From positions 55,242,001 through 55,306,000 of the forward strand of contig NC_043006.1 in the NCBI RefSeq assembly GCF_006345805.1: a stretch of 64,000 bases of DNA, written 5' to 3'. Each line of letters starts with the position of its first letter. Position 1 is the first letter of the stretch. The notes below the pieces were generated by a model. That model saw only the letters and a program-made list of their open reading frames with translations. It ran no database searches and was not told where the DNA came from. Position numbers and translations under genes: made by a program. Below, one piece after another: positions 1 through 11,794 of the stretch. The stretch is from Octopus sinensis (Eukaryota).

Positions 1-39
1 ATATATATATATATATATATATACATTTACACACACACA

Positions 40-84
<45 letters not shown>

Positions 85-125
85 TATATATATATATATA
101 CATACATATATTTATATATACATTT
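1..125. repeat. (TA)n/(CA)n compound microsatellite
   Basis: Directly visible dinucleotide runs. Confidence 0.95.
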
Positions 126-480
126 ATATATACGAGGAAAAGTAAAAAATTATCCGCATTTTCGCCATAGCAAGGGCGTTAGAAAGAAATCTTCGAGCCT
201 ATATGCTGAAAATAGACACTAAATCATCTCACCACTAAAGAGGACACAAGCATGTGTTGAATTCGACGCAACAAACCAACAGCAGTTATTAATAAAATAG
301 ATAGCCTTGGATTAGGTAATTTCTGGATCTACCTCATGGCTTTTCCTTCATCAGCAGGATATACACAGGAAATAAATACTAGAAATTTTAATTAAAATCT
401 TACTAAAGTTTTCTTCGCTGTAATTCCATACCTCATCAAAAAAATTTTTGTTATGTCCCAACGATGGGGCAATGGGGCAT

Positions 481-503
481 GCGACCCACGTTGGGAAACA
501 CTG
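481..503 (-). mobile_element. Possible hAT-type terminal sequence (solo end)
   Basis: Reverse complement CAGTGTTTCCCAACGTGGGTCGC resembles the CAGTGTTTCCCAA-type ends of hAT elements; no partner end identified. Confidence 0.3.
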
Positions 504-1040
504 CTATAAAACAGTTGACAGAATATTTAATCGAGAAATTGGCAAATATGTGCATTTAGCCTAAATCATAAATGTTGCTTCTCTTTTCTTGGTGAAAAGA
601 TTTCGCGCACTAATCACGTCAGTTTACTTCACATCTAACCACAGTTAGAATATATTCATTGCTTTTAATTATCGAATACAGGAAATAAATAAAAAAGCTC
701 TGCTCGATGTTTGAAATCGATCTGGAAATCTAGCCAGAAAAACTTTATACAATATATAAGAAACCCAATTAAGTTTAAGTCACTGTGAATTTCAAATCAT
801 TCTGTTTTGTTTTGTATGCATTTCAGTTTTTCTATAAATTATGTATTTGTTAGTGTATATTATAATAATGTTCAGTCAGATTAAATACTCTTTATCGGAA
901 AATATATTGAATTCTATTGCTGTTCTATTAGTGCTTACTAAGTTTTTAGTAGATTGTTAGTGGGTGGTTACAATTTCTGCTAATGGGTCCTGCCGTTCAT
1001 ATACATATGCACCCATCTGTCTGTTTGTCTGTACATCTTG

Positions 1041-1146
<106 letters not shown>

Positions 1147-1312
1147 GTTTCATAAAACTGAATAACAATTAGATGTGGATTATACGTGCTCCAATGAGCC
1201 AAGCGTGTTGAACACAATCTCGTTGTAAAAGGGGGTTTTCTCCTCTGACGTACTTTACAGTGACCAGCCTAAACTTTTTCTTAAGCGCAACTACACAGCT
1301 ATGCCTATGTCT

Positions 1313-1405
1313 ATACATACATACATACATACATACATACATACATACATACATACATACATACATACATACATACATACATACATACATACATACATAC
1401 ATACA
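1313..1405. repeat. (ATAC)n microsatellite
   Basis: Direct; explains the MYVC/HTYI-repeat ORFs. Confidence 0.97.
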
Positions 1406-1929
1406 TGAATGGAGGCATGCATACATACTTGTACATTATGTTGGAAATGAAGATATATCTCGTTTTTGGCACGATTAATTTGGGAGCACTTTTTCAATAC
1501 TTGCGAGAAAGTAAGCATTAGTTTTTACACCCTAATATTTTTCTATTTCTCTACAGATTATTTTATACCACCGTGGGGAAATACGTATAGCTATTGCCCT
1601 TTAAAATGTGTTTAGATCAGATACATATCAAACTCTGCATGCTGTACAGATTCAAAACTGGCTCTTAAGCAATGGTAGTGACAATATTCGTTCTGTCTGT
1701 GGAAATGAAGCTTCAAGTGTCGGAACAGACGATAATTTTGTCGGTTTCGATCAGGAAATTTCCCTCTCCCACATATCCCTTGATCTGAATGATCAAGTTC
1801 TATCAATACTGAGCTTCCGAAAACAGTAGTTGAAGAAAATCCAAAGTAGACCTCCCAAGAGGTAGCAAACAATTAAATACAAGTCACACTTCAGTCATAA
1901 AGTACCATTATGAACTAGGAAATGTGTCT

Positions 1930-2590
1930 GATCTTGCTCAGTGGGTCCTTCATCTGACAGCTTCTCAGTTTAATCAAAGAGTTACCTTCTGCTCGTCATT
2001 GACAAGCTACCGAACTTTTGTTTGGTAGAGTCATCATAAACGATAAAAAGCAAGTTCTCTATAATCATATCCAACACAAACGACAATGGTTTGAAAAAGG
2101 AGAATCCATCACCAATTCAGGTCGACGCCAGAGAAAGTTATTCACTGTCTTTGGTGGGATGCAAAATGTGTTGTTTATCACGAAAAGAATAAAACAGTTA
2201 ATGTGAAGTATCCTTGTCAGCTGGAAGCATTGCACAAAAACTTGCAGGAAAAACACCAAACATTGGTCATCAGGAAAGGAGTGTTGCCCTTAATGATAAT
2301 GCAAGACCAAATATTGTACAAGACACTCAGAAAAAAAAATATAGCTCTAAGTATGGATGTTCTGATCAACGCCTTCTCTTCTGACCTTGTTCCATTTGGA
2401 TACCATCGTTTCAGACCATCGCAACATTATTTAGAGGGAAAATAGTATATTAATGTCGAAGAGGTTTAAAATGGTATTGAGTGTTTTTTGCTTTGAAACA
2501 CGAGGCATTTTTAGGTCCGAGGGATCAACGATTTGCTAAATAGATGGAAGGGTGTTATCAATAAAGAATGGAAATATCTTGATAAAATAT
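1930..2590 (+). pseudogene. Degenerate mariner transposase, catalytic half
   Basis: Frameshifted motifs QWVLHL (WVPHEL-like), GRVIINDKKQVLY..KRQWFEKGE, DNARP, FSSDLVPFGYHRFRPSQHYLEGK (YSPDLAPSDYHLF-like) and a C-terminal L.RW..VI motif. Confidence 0.85.
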
Positions 2591-2848
2591 ACGACTTAAG
2601 ACCAAAGGAGCATTTGTTTCTTACACATCTTAAAACTGCGACAGGAACTTCTTTCTAACCTAATACATACATACATACATACATACATACATACATACAT
2701 ACATACATACATACATGAAAACACACACACACATATACACTCATACATACAAATATATCATGAGTGCAAAAATACGAAAAACGCAATAGCAGATACAACT
2801 TTTAAGAGAGGTATTATTAGTATAACGTTTGAAACGAAAGGGAAAATG

Positions 2849-2885
2849 CCTTTAACGTCTCGAACGTTAATCCTTCATCAGAAAA
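2849..2885 (-). ncRNA. Degenerate minimal type I hammerhead-like motif
   Basis: Minus strand TTTT-CTGATGA-A-GGAttaacgTTC-GAGA-CGTT-AAAG; GAAA core mutated to GAGA. Confidence 0.45.
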
Positions 2886-2923
2886 AATAAATGCAGAAAT
2901 GTGGTATAAAGCAGAAAAATGTA

Positions 2924-2933
2924 CACACACACA

Positions 2934-3018
<85 letters not shown>

Positions 3019-3050
3019 GCGCGCGCACGCACGCACACACATGCACAGAA
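2924..3050. repeat. (CA)n/(CG)n microsatellite
   Basis: Direct. Confidence 0.95.
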
Positions 3051-3129
3051 CAGACAAACAGGCAGGCTGACACACACATATGTATGTACCCAAGGTGACT
3101 CTCATACCTCCAATTTTAACCATTAGAAA

Positions 3130-4158
3130 TAATGAAGGGAGTTAGGATAAGCTTTGAACGAAGAAAATTTATTCTAAGTGCTATTGGGAATTTGAAAACG
3201 CTGTCGGAGTGCATAGACAATTTAGAAAGAAGTTTCTAGCAAATCCTACTACATGACTTAACTCTCACGCGAATTAGAGATAAGTTTAAAGCATATGGAA
3301 CTGTTTACAATGTTCACAAGAAATGTCTCAGATGAACATGGAAATGGAGGACACCAAGAAAAAAAGCAAGAAAGGCACTAGAAACGTATTTTCAGAGTTC
3401 AAGCTATCTGTGCTACATGCGAGTCGGGAAGTAGGAACTCCAAAACCAGCGTTCATCGCATTTGTAAGTTCTGTCATTGGAAAAGTTACTTTCCAATGAT
3501 TTCGACCAAAGGGTGGAGTTTTGTGAGTGGTACTCAGATTAAATGGCTCAAATAGCATCCACAATTGCAGTACAAGGGACCTAAGAATCCATATTTTACC
3601 AGGAATTTCGGTGCGGCTTATCATCAAAAGAATTACTCGAACCATTCTTTATTGACGGTACTGTGACAGATCCCAATACTTGAATTCCCTGTAGCAGTCT
3701 GTCATGCCAAGGATTCAAAAGGACTTAGGAAGATGCGGGGTTTTATTTCCGTTAAGATGGGGCGCTCCCACTCTACCATGATAATGTAAGAGACTACCAC
3801 CATGATGAAATTATGCTAAGCATGTGGATTGGACGAAGAAGTGCAGTAGAATATCCTGTGCGTTCACCGGACCGTATATCAATAGAATTGTTTATGAGAA
3901 TACTCAAAAAAATGAAGTTTACGTTAGAAAACCGGCAACAGTCGAAGAATTGAGAGCAATCATTGAAGGAAAATGCACACAAATAACGACCGTAATATTT
4001 TTTAATATTTGCTATGGTTTAGTATTATCAACAATATCTGGATCATAGCGGTTATCTGTTTGAAAACAGGCGTTCATATAAAAATTTAATTCTGTATGTA
4101 GATTCTATCACATTTATAATCATTCAATAAGTTTATACCCTTTTTGGGATACCCTGTA
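3130..4158 (+). mobile_element. Degenerate Tc1/mariner-superfamily element (DD41D/rosa-like), with right TIR
   Basis: N-terminal SFERRKFI..CYWEFENA..RIRDKF..GTV; DGA.P.YH..VR; WIGRRSAVEYPVRSPD; EVYVRKPATVEELRAII. Right end reverse complement is TACAGGGTATCCCAAAAAAGGG (CAGGGT-type TIR plus TA). Confidence 0.8.
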
Positions 4159-4278
4159 TGTATGTATGTATGTATGTATGTATGTATGTATGTATGTATG
4201 TATGTATGTATGTACGTATGTATGTACGTATGTATGTATGTACGTATGTATGTGTGTGTATATCTATCTATCTATCTA

Positions 4279-4328
<50 letters not shown>

Positions 4329-4340
4329 ATATACACACAG
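4159..4340. repeat. (TATG)n/(TATC)n/(TA)n compound microsatellite
   Basis: Direct. Confidence 0.95.
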
Positions 4341-4861
4341 AGACAAATATGCAAAAACATATTTATAAAAGCTAAAGAAACAACTATAAGATAATCTAAT
4401 TTTCTTCCAGGCTCATAAAATATGCATCAGAAATATTATGAAGTCGACTTAATCAATATACTACTCCATATACGAAATCAATCTCTTTTACACCCCCCCC
4501 ACACACATTTACACACACATAACATCCATGTTATTACAGCAAACATTTAACTGCATACTGTTTTACTATCAGAAATAGAATCTTCGGTTGATACTTGAAA
4601 CTTGCATAAAAGATAAATTATATATCGAAGCACGTGCAATATATTTTTAGTTATATCTTCGTTCCATTCTTTCCTTTAATCAATTTTTTTTATTGTGTGT
4701 TGATCTTTACAAAATGCTCTCTCAGTATTTTGGTTTTACTGACCACTAACATAAACCCTATCCCAATTTCTGCTATTAAACAAAATCAGTTTCGAAACTG
4801 TATGTTAAATTTTGAAACGAAGATTTGTATTTTGATATAAAGGTTTGTATTCCCACCTAAG

Positions 4862-5115
4862 TGTGGAGGCGCGTGGCTTAGTGATTAGGGTGTCAGTATT
4901 ATGATCGTAAGATTGTGGTTTCGATTCCTGGACCGGGCGACGCGTTGTGTTCTTGAGCAAAACACTTCATTTCACGTTTCTCCAGTCCACTCAGCTGGCA
5001 AAAATGAGTAACACTGCGATGGACTGGCGTCCCGTCCAGCTGGGGAACACATACGCCATAGAAACCGGGAAACCGGGCCAATGAGCCTGGTTAGGCTTTA
5101 AAAGGGTGCATTTAT
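4862..5115 (+). mobile_element. tRNA-derived SINE with CORE-like body
   Basis: A box TGGCTTAGTGA, B-box-like GGTTTCGATTCC, CORE-like TGTGTTCTTGAGCAAAACACTT; the GAAACCGGGAAACCGG 3' segment is shared with the SINE at 26651. Confidence 0.85.
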
Positions 5116-5180
5116 TTATTATTACTTTCACCTAAAGGAAAGAACTATAGAAATTAGATAAGATTATTTAGAGTCGTAGT

Positions 5181-5390
5181 TGAAGCACATGGCCTAGTGG
5201 TTAGAGCAGCGGACTCGCGGTCGAGGGATCGTGGGTTCGAATCTCAGACCGGGCGATGTGTGTGTGTTTATGAGCGAAACACCTATGCTCCACGCGGCTC
5301 CGGCAGAAAGTAATGGCGAACTTCTGCTGACTCTTTCGCCACAACTTTCTCTCACTCTTTCCTTCTGCAATACATGTATTGAGTCCTCTC
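5181..5390 (+). mobile_element. tRNA-derived SINE, 3'-truncated
   Basis: A box TGGCCTAGTGG, B box GGTTCGAATC; closely similar to the copy at 26651-26953. Confidence 0.9.
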
Positions 5391-5704
5391 GGTTCCATTG
5401 TTACATCATAGCATATATATATTGGGTTCGTGCATAATTATTGCAGCTTTTTATCAACAAATTTTATTCAACAAAAACAATAACAACATGTAACAAAAAC
5501 ATCTTTAAATAATTATTTCGGAGCCTATTCCCCATCTATTACTGCTTCCCATTTGCTTGGTAGACGGTCAGACCGTCATTTAAAGATGTTTTTGTTAAAT
5601 ATTGTTATTGTTTTTACAGTTCTATATTTAAGAGATGAGGAATTATGTACATTATTTACATTACTTACCTTTGACGGATATTTGTCCCCATCATGTTTGT
5701 TGTT

Positions 5705-5750
5705 AACACAGCGTTTCGGCTGATATACCCTCCAGCCTTCATCAGGTGTC
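5705..5750 (-). ncRNA. Minimal type I hammerhead ribozyme motif (PLE pLTR, left arm)
   Basis: GACAC-CTGATGA-A-GGCTG(gagggtatat)CAGCC-GAAA-CGCT-GTGTT; stems I and II pair, U16.1 mutated to C. Confidence 0.75.
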
Positions 5751-5837
5751 TTGGGGGAAATTTTGAACCTGGGTTTTCATTCCTAAGGTATTTTTCGATG
5801 TTATTATTATTATTATCATTATTATTATTATTATTAA

Positions 5838-5910
5838 GGTCACGGCCTGGAATCAAACTAGGAAACTTGGGGTTAGTAGCCCGCGTTCTTAACCACTACG
5901 CCATATGCCC
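5838..5910 (-). other. tRNA-like (Pol III A/B box) head inside the PLE pLTR, left arm
   Basis: GGGCATATGGCGTAGTGGTTAAG...CTACTAA loop...GTTTGATTCCAGG-CCGTGACC followed by (AAT)n; imperfect cloverleaf. Confidence 0.7.
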
Positions 5911-6785
5911 GTGGGCCATTATAGAGTGAATTTTATAAATCTTATATTCTCCCATCCTTCCTTAATACCGGTTCCCATATGCTGTTTATATCTGCACTCG
6001 GTCTGCTTAGGAGCTTGTTGTGTCCTAGCATATGTGCTGTTTCTTTTAGTTTTCGTATTTTCCAGTGGTGTTCTCTGTCTATACAATATAAAGAGAGGGA
6101 TTTCTCAGTGCCATCTATACAGTGCCTAAAACATCGAGCAATGAATATAAGTAGCGATCGTGATACACACCACGAAGAAATGATCAAGCTCAGTAACAAT
6201 CTATTAAGCAACAACTATCCCAAAAGCATACTCTCCACTCCAGTTATGAAGAAAAGAGAAGATGAAACCAATAAACTGTTCACAATCTGTCTACCCTATG
6301 TAAAAGGCCTCTCCAAAAAGATACAAAAGATATGCGGCCCATAGGATAGTATTCAAAAGTAACACAACGCTTCGCAAATATCTCCTTCGAGTAAAAACAC
6401 CAACAAAGAGAATATGACAAAAAACTGCGTGTACTCCATCCCATGCAGCTGTGGTAGGTTATACAAAGGCGAAACATATCGGCCCCTCAAAATAAGGGTA
6501 GAGAAGCATCACAAAGCTGTGACGCGATGAGATATTGATAAATAGAGTATAGGTGATCATGTAGGAAAAAACGGAGACCACCTCCCCCTGTGGGATAAAG
6601 TTAAAATAATAGACAGAGAACACCACTGGAAAATACGAATACTAAAAGAAGCAGCACATATACTAGGACACGACCCCCTAAGCAGACCGAGTGCTGGTAT
6701 GAACATCATATGGGAACCGGTATTAAGGAAGGATATAAACATATTAGATTTATAAATCCTAAAATTCACTCCATAAATTGCCCAC

Positions 6786-6845
6786 GGGCATATGGCGTAG
6801 TGGTTAAGAGCTCGGGCTACTAACCCGAAGATTCCGTGTTCGATT
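6786..6845 (+). other. tRNA-like head inside the PLE pLTR, right arm
   Basis: A box TGGCGTAGTGG (6793-6803), perfect arm TCGGG-CTACTAA-CCCGA (6812-6828), B box GTTCGATT (6838-6845), then (AAT)n. Confidence 0.7.
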
Positions 6846-6916
6846 AATAATAATAATAATAACAACAACATCGAAAAATACTTAGGAATGAGAGCTCAGG
6901 TTCAAAATTTCCCCAA

Positions 6917-6962
6917 GACACCTGATGAAGGCTGGAGGGTATATCGGCCTAAACGTTGTGTT
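6917..6962 (+). ncRNA. Minimal type I hammerhead ribozyme motif (PLE pLTR, right arm)
   Basis: GACAC-CTGATGA-A-GGCTG(gagggtatat)CGGCC-TAAA-CGTT-GTGTT; G12 mutated to T, GUU cleavage triplet intact. Confidence 0.75.
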
Positions 6963-7699
6963 AACAACAAATAAGATGAGGACAAAAATCTTCATTTATA
7001 TATAAAAGAATACAAACATTTTATTAAATCTCTGAACGAGAGCATTAATAAATCTCTGAACGAGATATAAACAGTAACCACTCGACAACGTAAAGTGTAC
7101 TAGCCATCTGAATGTGGCTAGCCACTGGGGGTGGGGTGTTACTGATGCTTTTAGCCCCAGGAGATCACGTCACCAGCTGGCCTTAGACACAAAATTTCAG
7201 TGCCCTTGTGTTATTTGCAAAGGGAGGTCATCCTCCCTCGAAAACCTAAGTGATATATACGGACTATAGTTTCAAGGTAATTGCCTCTCGTCAACGCATG
7301 GTAAACACCGGTTTTCGATGAAGGAGACCTTTGTTTTTGTTGAATAAAATTTGTTGAAAAAAAAAAAGGCCGCAATAATTATGCACCAACCCAATATATA
7401 ATCAGTAGCAAATATTCAGGATTGAATATTTATATAGATATTAATATTGCTATTATTATCGAAGGCAAAATAAATAGTTGATAATAACATCAACATTGGT
7501 ATAGGTGGTTGCAGGCCTAAAATTGCATTATATAGCTATAGAATTCAAATTATATTAATCATAAGGACGCACTTATACGTCTACCTCTCTTGCTAAAAAG
7601 GAGAGCTAAAACATTGAAAATGACACTGAAAATAAATGTGAGCTTTACCTCTCATTTCTAGCAGGTAAACGTATTAACGCGTCCTTATGATTAATATAG

Positions 7700-7700
<1 letters not shown>

Positions 7701-7795
<95 letters not shown>
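7701..7795. repeat. (TATC)n microsatellite
   Basis: Direct. Confidence 0.95.
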
Positions 7796-7829
7796 TCTCC
7801 TGCTCTGTCTCCAACACGTTTGTCAACTT

Positions 7830-8095
7830 TTCCCATGCACCACTCCTCTTTTATCACCTCCATCCATAAACTCATACTTCATCCACAGACTCATACTCTT
7901 ATCTCAACTTCTTCGCTTCCCCCCTCTACCCACACCAAACTGTCCATCTCTTACTCTCAGGTCCTCCGCCTCCGTCGGTTCTGTTGTGATAACCATGAGT
8001 CATAGTCCCAACTCATGGCTCACCAATTCATCCAACGAGGATACCCCTCCACCATTATCCAAAACGTTATCTCCCGTGCTCGATCTGTTGATTGT
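7830..8095 (+). pseudogene. Penelope-like (Neptune-type) RT thumb fragment
   Basis: TDSYSYL...HTKLSISYSQVLRLRRFC...FIQRGYPSTII resembles the PLE motif TDSHSYL..H.K.SIPYSQ.LRLRRIC...RGYP. Confidence 0.75.
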
Positions 8096-8114
8096 GTGTC
8101 CTCTCTCTCTATAT

Positions 8115-8295
8115 ATACGACGGGCTTCTTTCAGTTTAGGAGAGTCACTTACAAAGCGTGTCTAAGAGAGCCACTCACAAAGGTTTTTCCAGGCGTAACT
8201 AAAGTAAAAATACACTCAGAGTGCCACGCAGTGGTACTGAACCTGGAACCATATGGTTTCGATGTACACTTCTTGCTACACAGCCACAAATTCTC
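8115..8295 (-). mobile_element. tRNA-derived SINE, 5' part (family of 28603)
   Basis: Minus strand GGCTGTGTAGCAAGAAG...ATGGTTCCAGGTTCAGTACCACTGCGTGGCAC...AAACTGAAAGAAGCCCGTCGTATAT. Confidence 0.8.
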
Positions 8296-9619
8296 AGAAA
8301 ATGTTTATTTATAAAGAGGTAAAAAAGAAAAAGAAAAACGCGGAAGGAATTGTTACTTAATAGCGAAGGGGAAAGCTTAAGTTGCAAGAGATAGAGAAAA
8401 AGAAAGAGACGTTCATTTAGTCGTCATCTAATGAGAGAGATAAAGAGAAAGAGGAAGATAAAGGAAGGAGAGGGTGAGGAAGGAGTGCCTAAGCGAAAAG
8501 AGAGGGTAAAGAGAGAGGAGAAACGACAGAAAGCAAGCAAATCGGCCGGCTCGTTGTTTCAGCCAAATACCTAGAGATTGAGGGAAAAAGATAAAGGTCA
8601 GTAAGTGTGCATTTTTTCAGCCATACATCTAGTGGCTAATCTAGCATGAAAAACTAGGAAAGCTTAGATCATGCTTATAGATGCCAATAAATTTATGATA
8701 AAGTATATTTATTTATGCATGATTTATAAAAGGCTATAACTAGCTTACATTATTCATAAAGAAATAAAGATTATCCCACACTACTGCAAATAATGATTGC
8801 AAATTTCTATCGAAATGACAAGCACTTATAAAATATAAATAAGCATAACATTGATATCTATTAATCAGCAAGCAAGACAAAATGTGTTACGAGCGTATCT
8901 ATCATTATCTCATCTTTCTACATCAAAAAATTCTTGTAGTTATATAATCCAAAGATACTGATAGGATTGCAGTTGAAGAATGATGAATATTAAACAATGC
9001 ATTTGTACGGACTTTCACGCGCAAGCGACGTTTTAGTTTTATTTGAACCATCAAGAAGCCAGAAGTCTGTCGATCATTTTTACATATTTAAGGTGAAGTA
9101 CAAATGATTCTTCTTTTGAGTGACTTAGTTTTGGATTTCACTCCAGTTTAACGTAATCCAGTTTCTACGACCGACGTTGAACCGACAACAAAGAGCACAA
9201 TTGACTCTCTTTTCACTTGTTTCCAATCACGAGAACTTATCTGGCAGTTACTGTTCCTACCAGTTTAAAAACGCATACTTTATTTGCTTTTTGCCTTTAC
9301 TTTTCTGACCATTATCAACTTGCAAATATTTGGCGGTCAAACGAAACTAACTCTATCATATTCATTTAACGCATGTCTGTAACACTGAATTATATATTGA
9401 ACTTATAAATAAGAAAATATTTACGAATAACTTTTACAACAGATTATGCGAAGCTAATATTTTATTAATGTTGCTGGACTAAACTTATTTTCAACTATGT
9501 TAATGTACCTTTAAGCGATATTCGCAAACTTTGTACAATCACATGCTGTTTGGTTGCCTAAAATATTAAGTACTATCAGACTGGGAAAGATGCACATTTC
9601 TTTAAATAATTTATTGCTG

Positions 9620-11340
9620 CTATCTCTTTCAATCTCTCTTATTTGTCTCATATACGAAGAAGCAGCATTTAAGATTATTGACATAACCAAAGAATATTAA
9701 CTCTTGGTACATTTGGAGGCTAATTCATGATCTGTTTAGTTGTGGTATATTTTCTGCAGTTCATTGCATTATTCTAACTTACATTCAGCATTATCGTGGT
9801 CGGAAAACTGTTGAGCTGGTATTTTTGTGATTAGCTTAGTTCCCACAATCCGATTGTTGAGCAATTCACTTGGCCGTGGTACGTTGGGGCTTAATGTCGT
9901 TGCTTGTAGACATAACATTATCAAATGCAGAATCTATTCTGCTTATTCTACCTAAACTAATGATTTTTTTCACAGCCCGAATTTATTTTTCATACGAAAC
10001 TATTTAATTGTGGAAGTTTTGGAGATGATATGACGTGGTCAACTTGCCATTGCTGAGCAAATTCTCTGTATGCTTCGCATAGTAGTGGCCTGTTATTGGG
10101 AATATCTTATTCAGAGAATATCTGTTTCGTTGCTGACAGGATTATATTACTTATGCATTGTTCTGTCTTCTTGCAAGTGTTAAAAAATTTAGTGCAGTTA
10201 TTAAATAATTACGGCCACCAAAGTGAAAACTATTAAATATTTACGGCCACCAAAATGAAATAGATCTGTACCAACATCTTCATATGCTAGATTAGGAACT
10301 TTTACTGTTGAAAGTTTGTTTTAGATATATAGGAAGATATTTTTGAGGTGTGGAATATTTCTTAGCCTTAATCTCGATATCTATGTTAATTCCAATTTTC
10401 TCTTCAGATTCCCAACTTTGCTCCTATGGTTCGAAAATGGTCTTTTCAATGTCTTGGTGAGTAGAGGAACTGATTTAATAATATTTGTCGGCTGATTGGC
10501 ATTAATATTTTTGATCTTTTCAAAATAATACCATCATTAGTTGGGAGTTCGTTTTTGTAAAATACGTAGGAATGTATTGGAGGTGGTAATTCTTTGACTG
10601 ACTCTCGTCATCCAGTTATGATTTTAAGAAACTGGTTGGGAACTTGATCTTTCTGGTTTTGACTTGGATTTCGTTCAGAAGATTACGGCTGAATCTCATA
10701 AGGCCAGTTCTAGCATTCAAGTCAACTGTTTCCTTGGTGGTGATAAGAAAACAACTAATCGTATCTTGTACTGTCATTTCATTTCTAGATTTGTATTTTA
10801 TGCATATTTGGTGTCTCTATGATTTAAGTAGCATGCCTTGTAGTTTTAAGGGTCACTGGTCAGCTGTTTCTGCAGTATAATTACCACTGGTTTAAGGTCA
10901 GCGAGTACTTTGAATTGATGGCAATGTATGAAAGGTTTGATTCCCAAATGAAATTTCACGGAGTTTGTTATATGCCGGTATAACGTTTCCCTGTATCTGA
11001 TACAGATTTCGATGTATGTCAATCGGCTTCCATTCCACATCAGTGGAGCACCAAGTAATTTCAATTTTCACGACTGGCATATCGCTATGTTAAACTGTAC
11101 GAGTATTGAGTCTCGTCCAGTTTATATCTTGAGACTCCCAAAGCATCGACTACGGCGTTCTTGTCAAAAACAAACGTAGCTTCAGTTAATCTCATAGTGT
11201 GGATACCTTGTTGGCCAAGTCTGGAATGAATGGGGACAAGTAATTAGGAAGACCTAAACTATTTCACGTGAGTCTCTCTTGCATATTGGAGCTGACATGA
11301 CTTTCAGGTCATTGAGCTTCGTGTGTCGAAACTGACATCA
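9620..11340 (-). pseudogene. Decayed Ty3/gypsy pol (RT connection, RNase H, integrase)
   Basis: LGLPNYLSPFIPDLA; LGAPLMWNG; KVLADLKPVVIILQKQLTSDP (TDHKPL-like); NDGIILK..ILMP; VGTDLFHFGGRKYLIV; HVISSPKLPQLN. The RT-RH-IN order indicates gypsy. Confidence 0.8.
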
Positions 11341-11704
11341 TCTGTACAACATGGTGAAATTGAAAGGGAGTTACCAGTGCAGTTCGGAGAAGAAATAACA
11401 TTAACAAAATACGATGTACTTTAATTTAAAATTACCAGTTTCAGCTTACTACTGACGTTCAAATTCTTTGACCCTCCCACTCATGCATATTTCTATATAC
11501 ACACATAAATCACACATAAACATACATATATGTATATGCGTATGTATATACGTGTGTATGTATATATATATGTACACACTCATGCACATATACGTACATA
11601 CATATACATATATATATATGCATATACATACATACGTACATAGATACATATATACATATGTATATATTATATATATATATATATGTACACACAAAAACAA
11701 TCAC

Positions 11705-11746
<42 letters not shown>

Positions 11747-11748
11747 TA

Positions 11749-11794
<46 letters not shown>

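Larger units (their letters stand above)
5609..6990 (+). mobile_element. 5'-truncated Penelope-like element with inverted pseudo-LTR (tail-to-tail)
   Basis: Plus strand 6083-6740 encodes the RT thumb (IQCLKHRAMNISS, ICLPYVKGLS) and a GIY-YIG endonuclease (CVYSIPCSCGRLYKGET..HH..DHV..WDKVKIIDREHHWKIR..EA), disrupted by stops and frameshifts; 5677-6082 is an inverted copy of 6609-6990. Confidence 0.9.
5420..7396 (-). mobile_element. Pair of inverted mariner-like ends (~60 bp arms) enclosing a Penelope insertion
   Basis: TA-TTGGGTTCGTGCATAATTATTGCAGC...TTCAACAAAAACAA (5420-5480) is inverted relative to 7331-7396; transposase C-terminus DRLPSKWEAVIDGE on the minus strand near 5520-5570. Confidence 0.7.

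Noticed and set aside
1556-1829. Good splice-acceptor-like TTTCTCTACAG followed by a 73-aa ORF
   Set aside because: No recognisable domain, no continuous frame from the acceptor, and no partner exon identified
4862-5260. tRNA-gene-like A/B boxes (also at 26651, 28603, 43003 and in the Meta-like SINEs)
   Set aside because: They continue into SINE bodies and lack complete cloverleaves, so they are not tRNA genes
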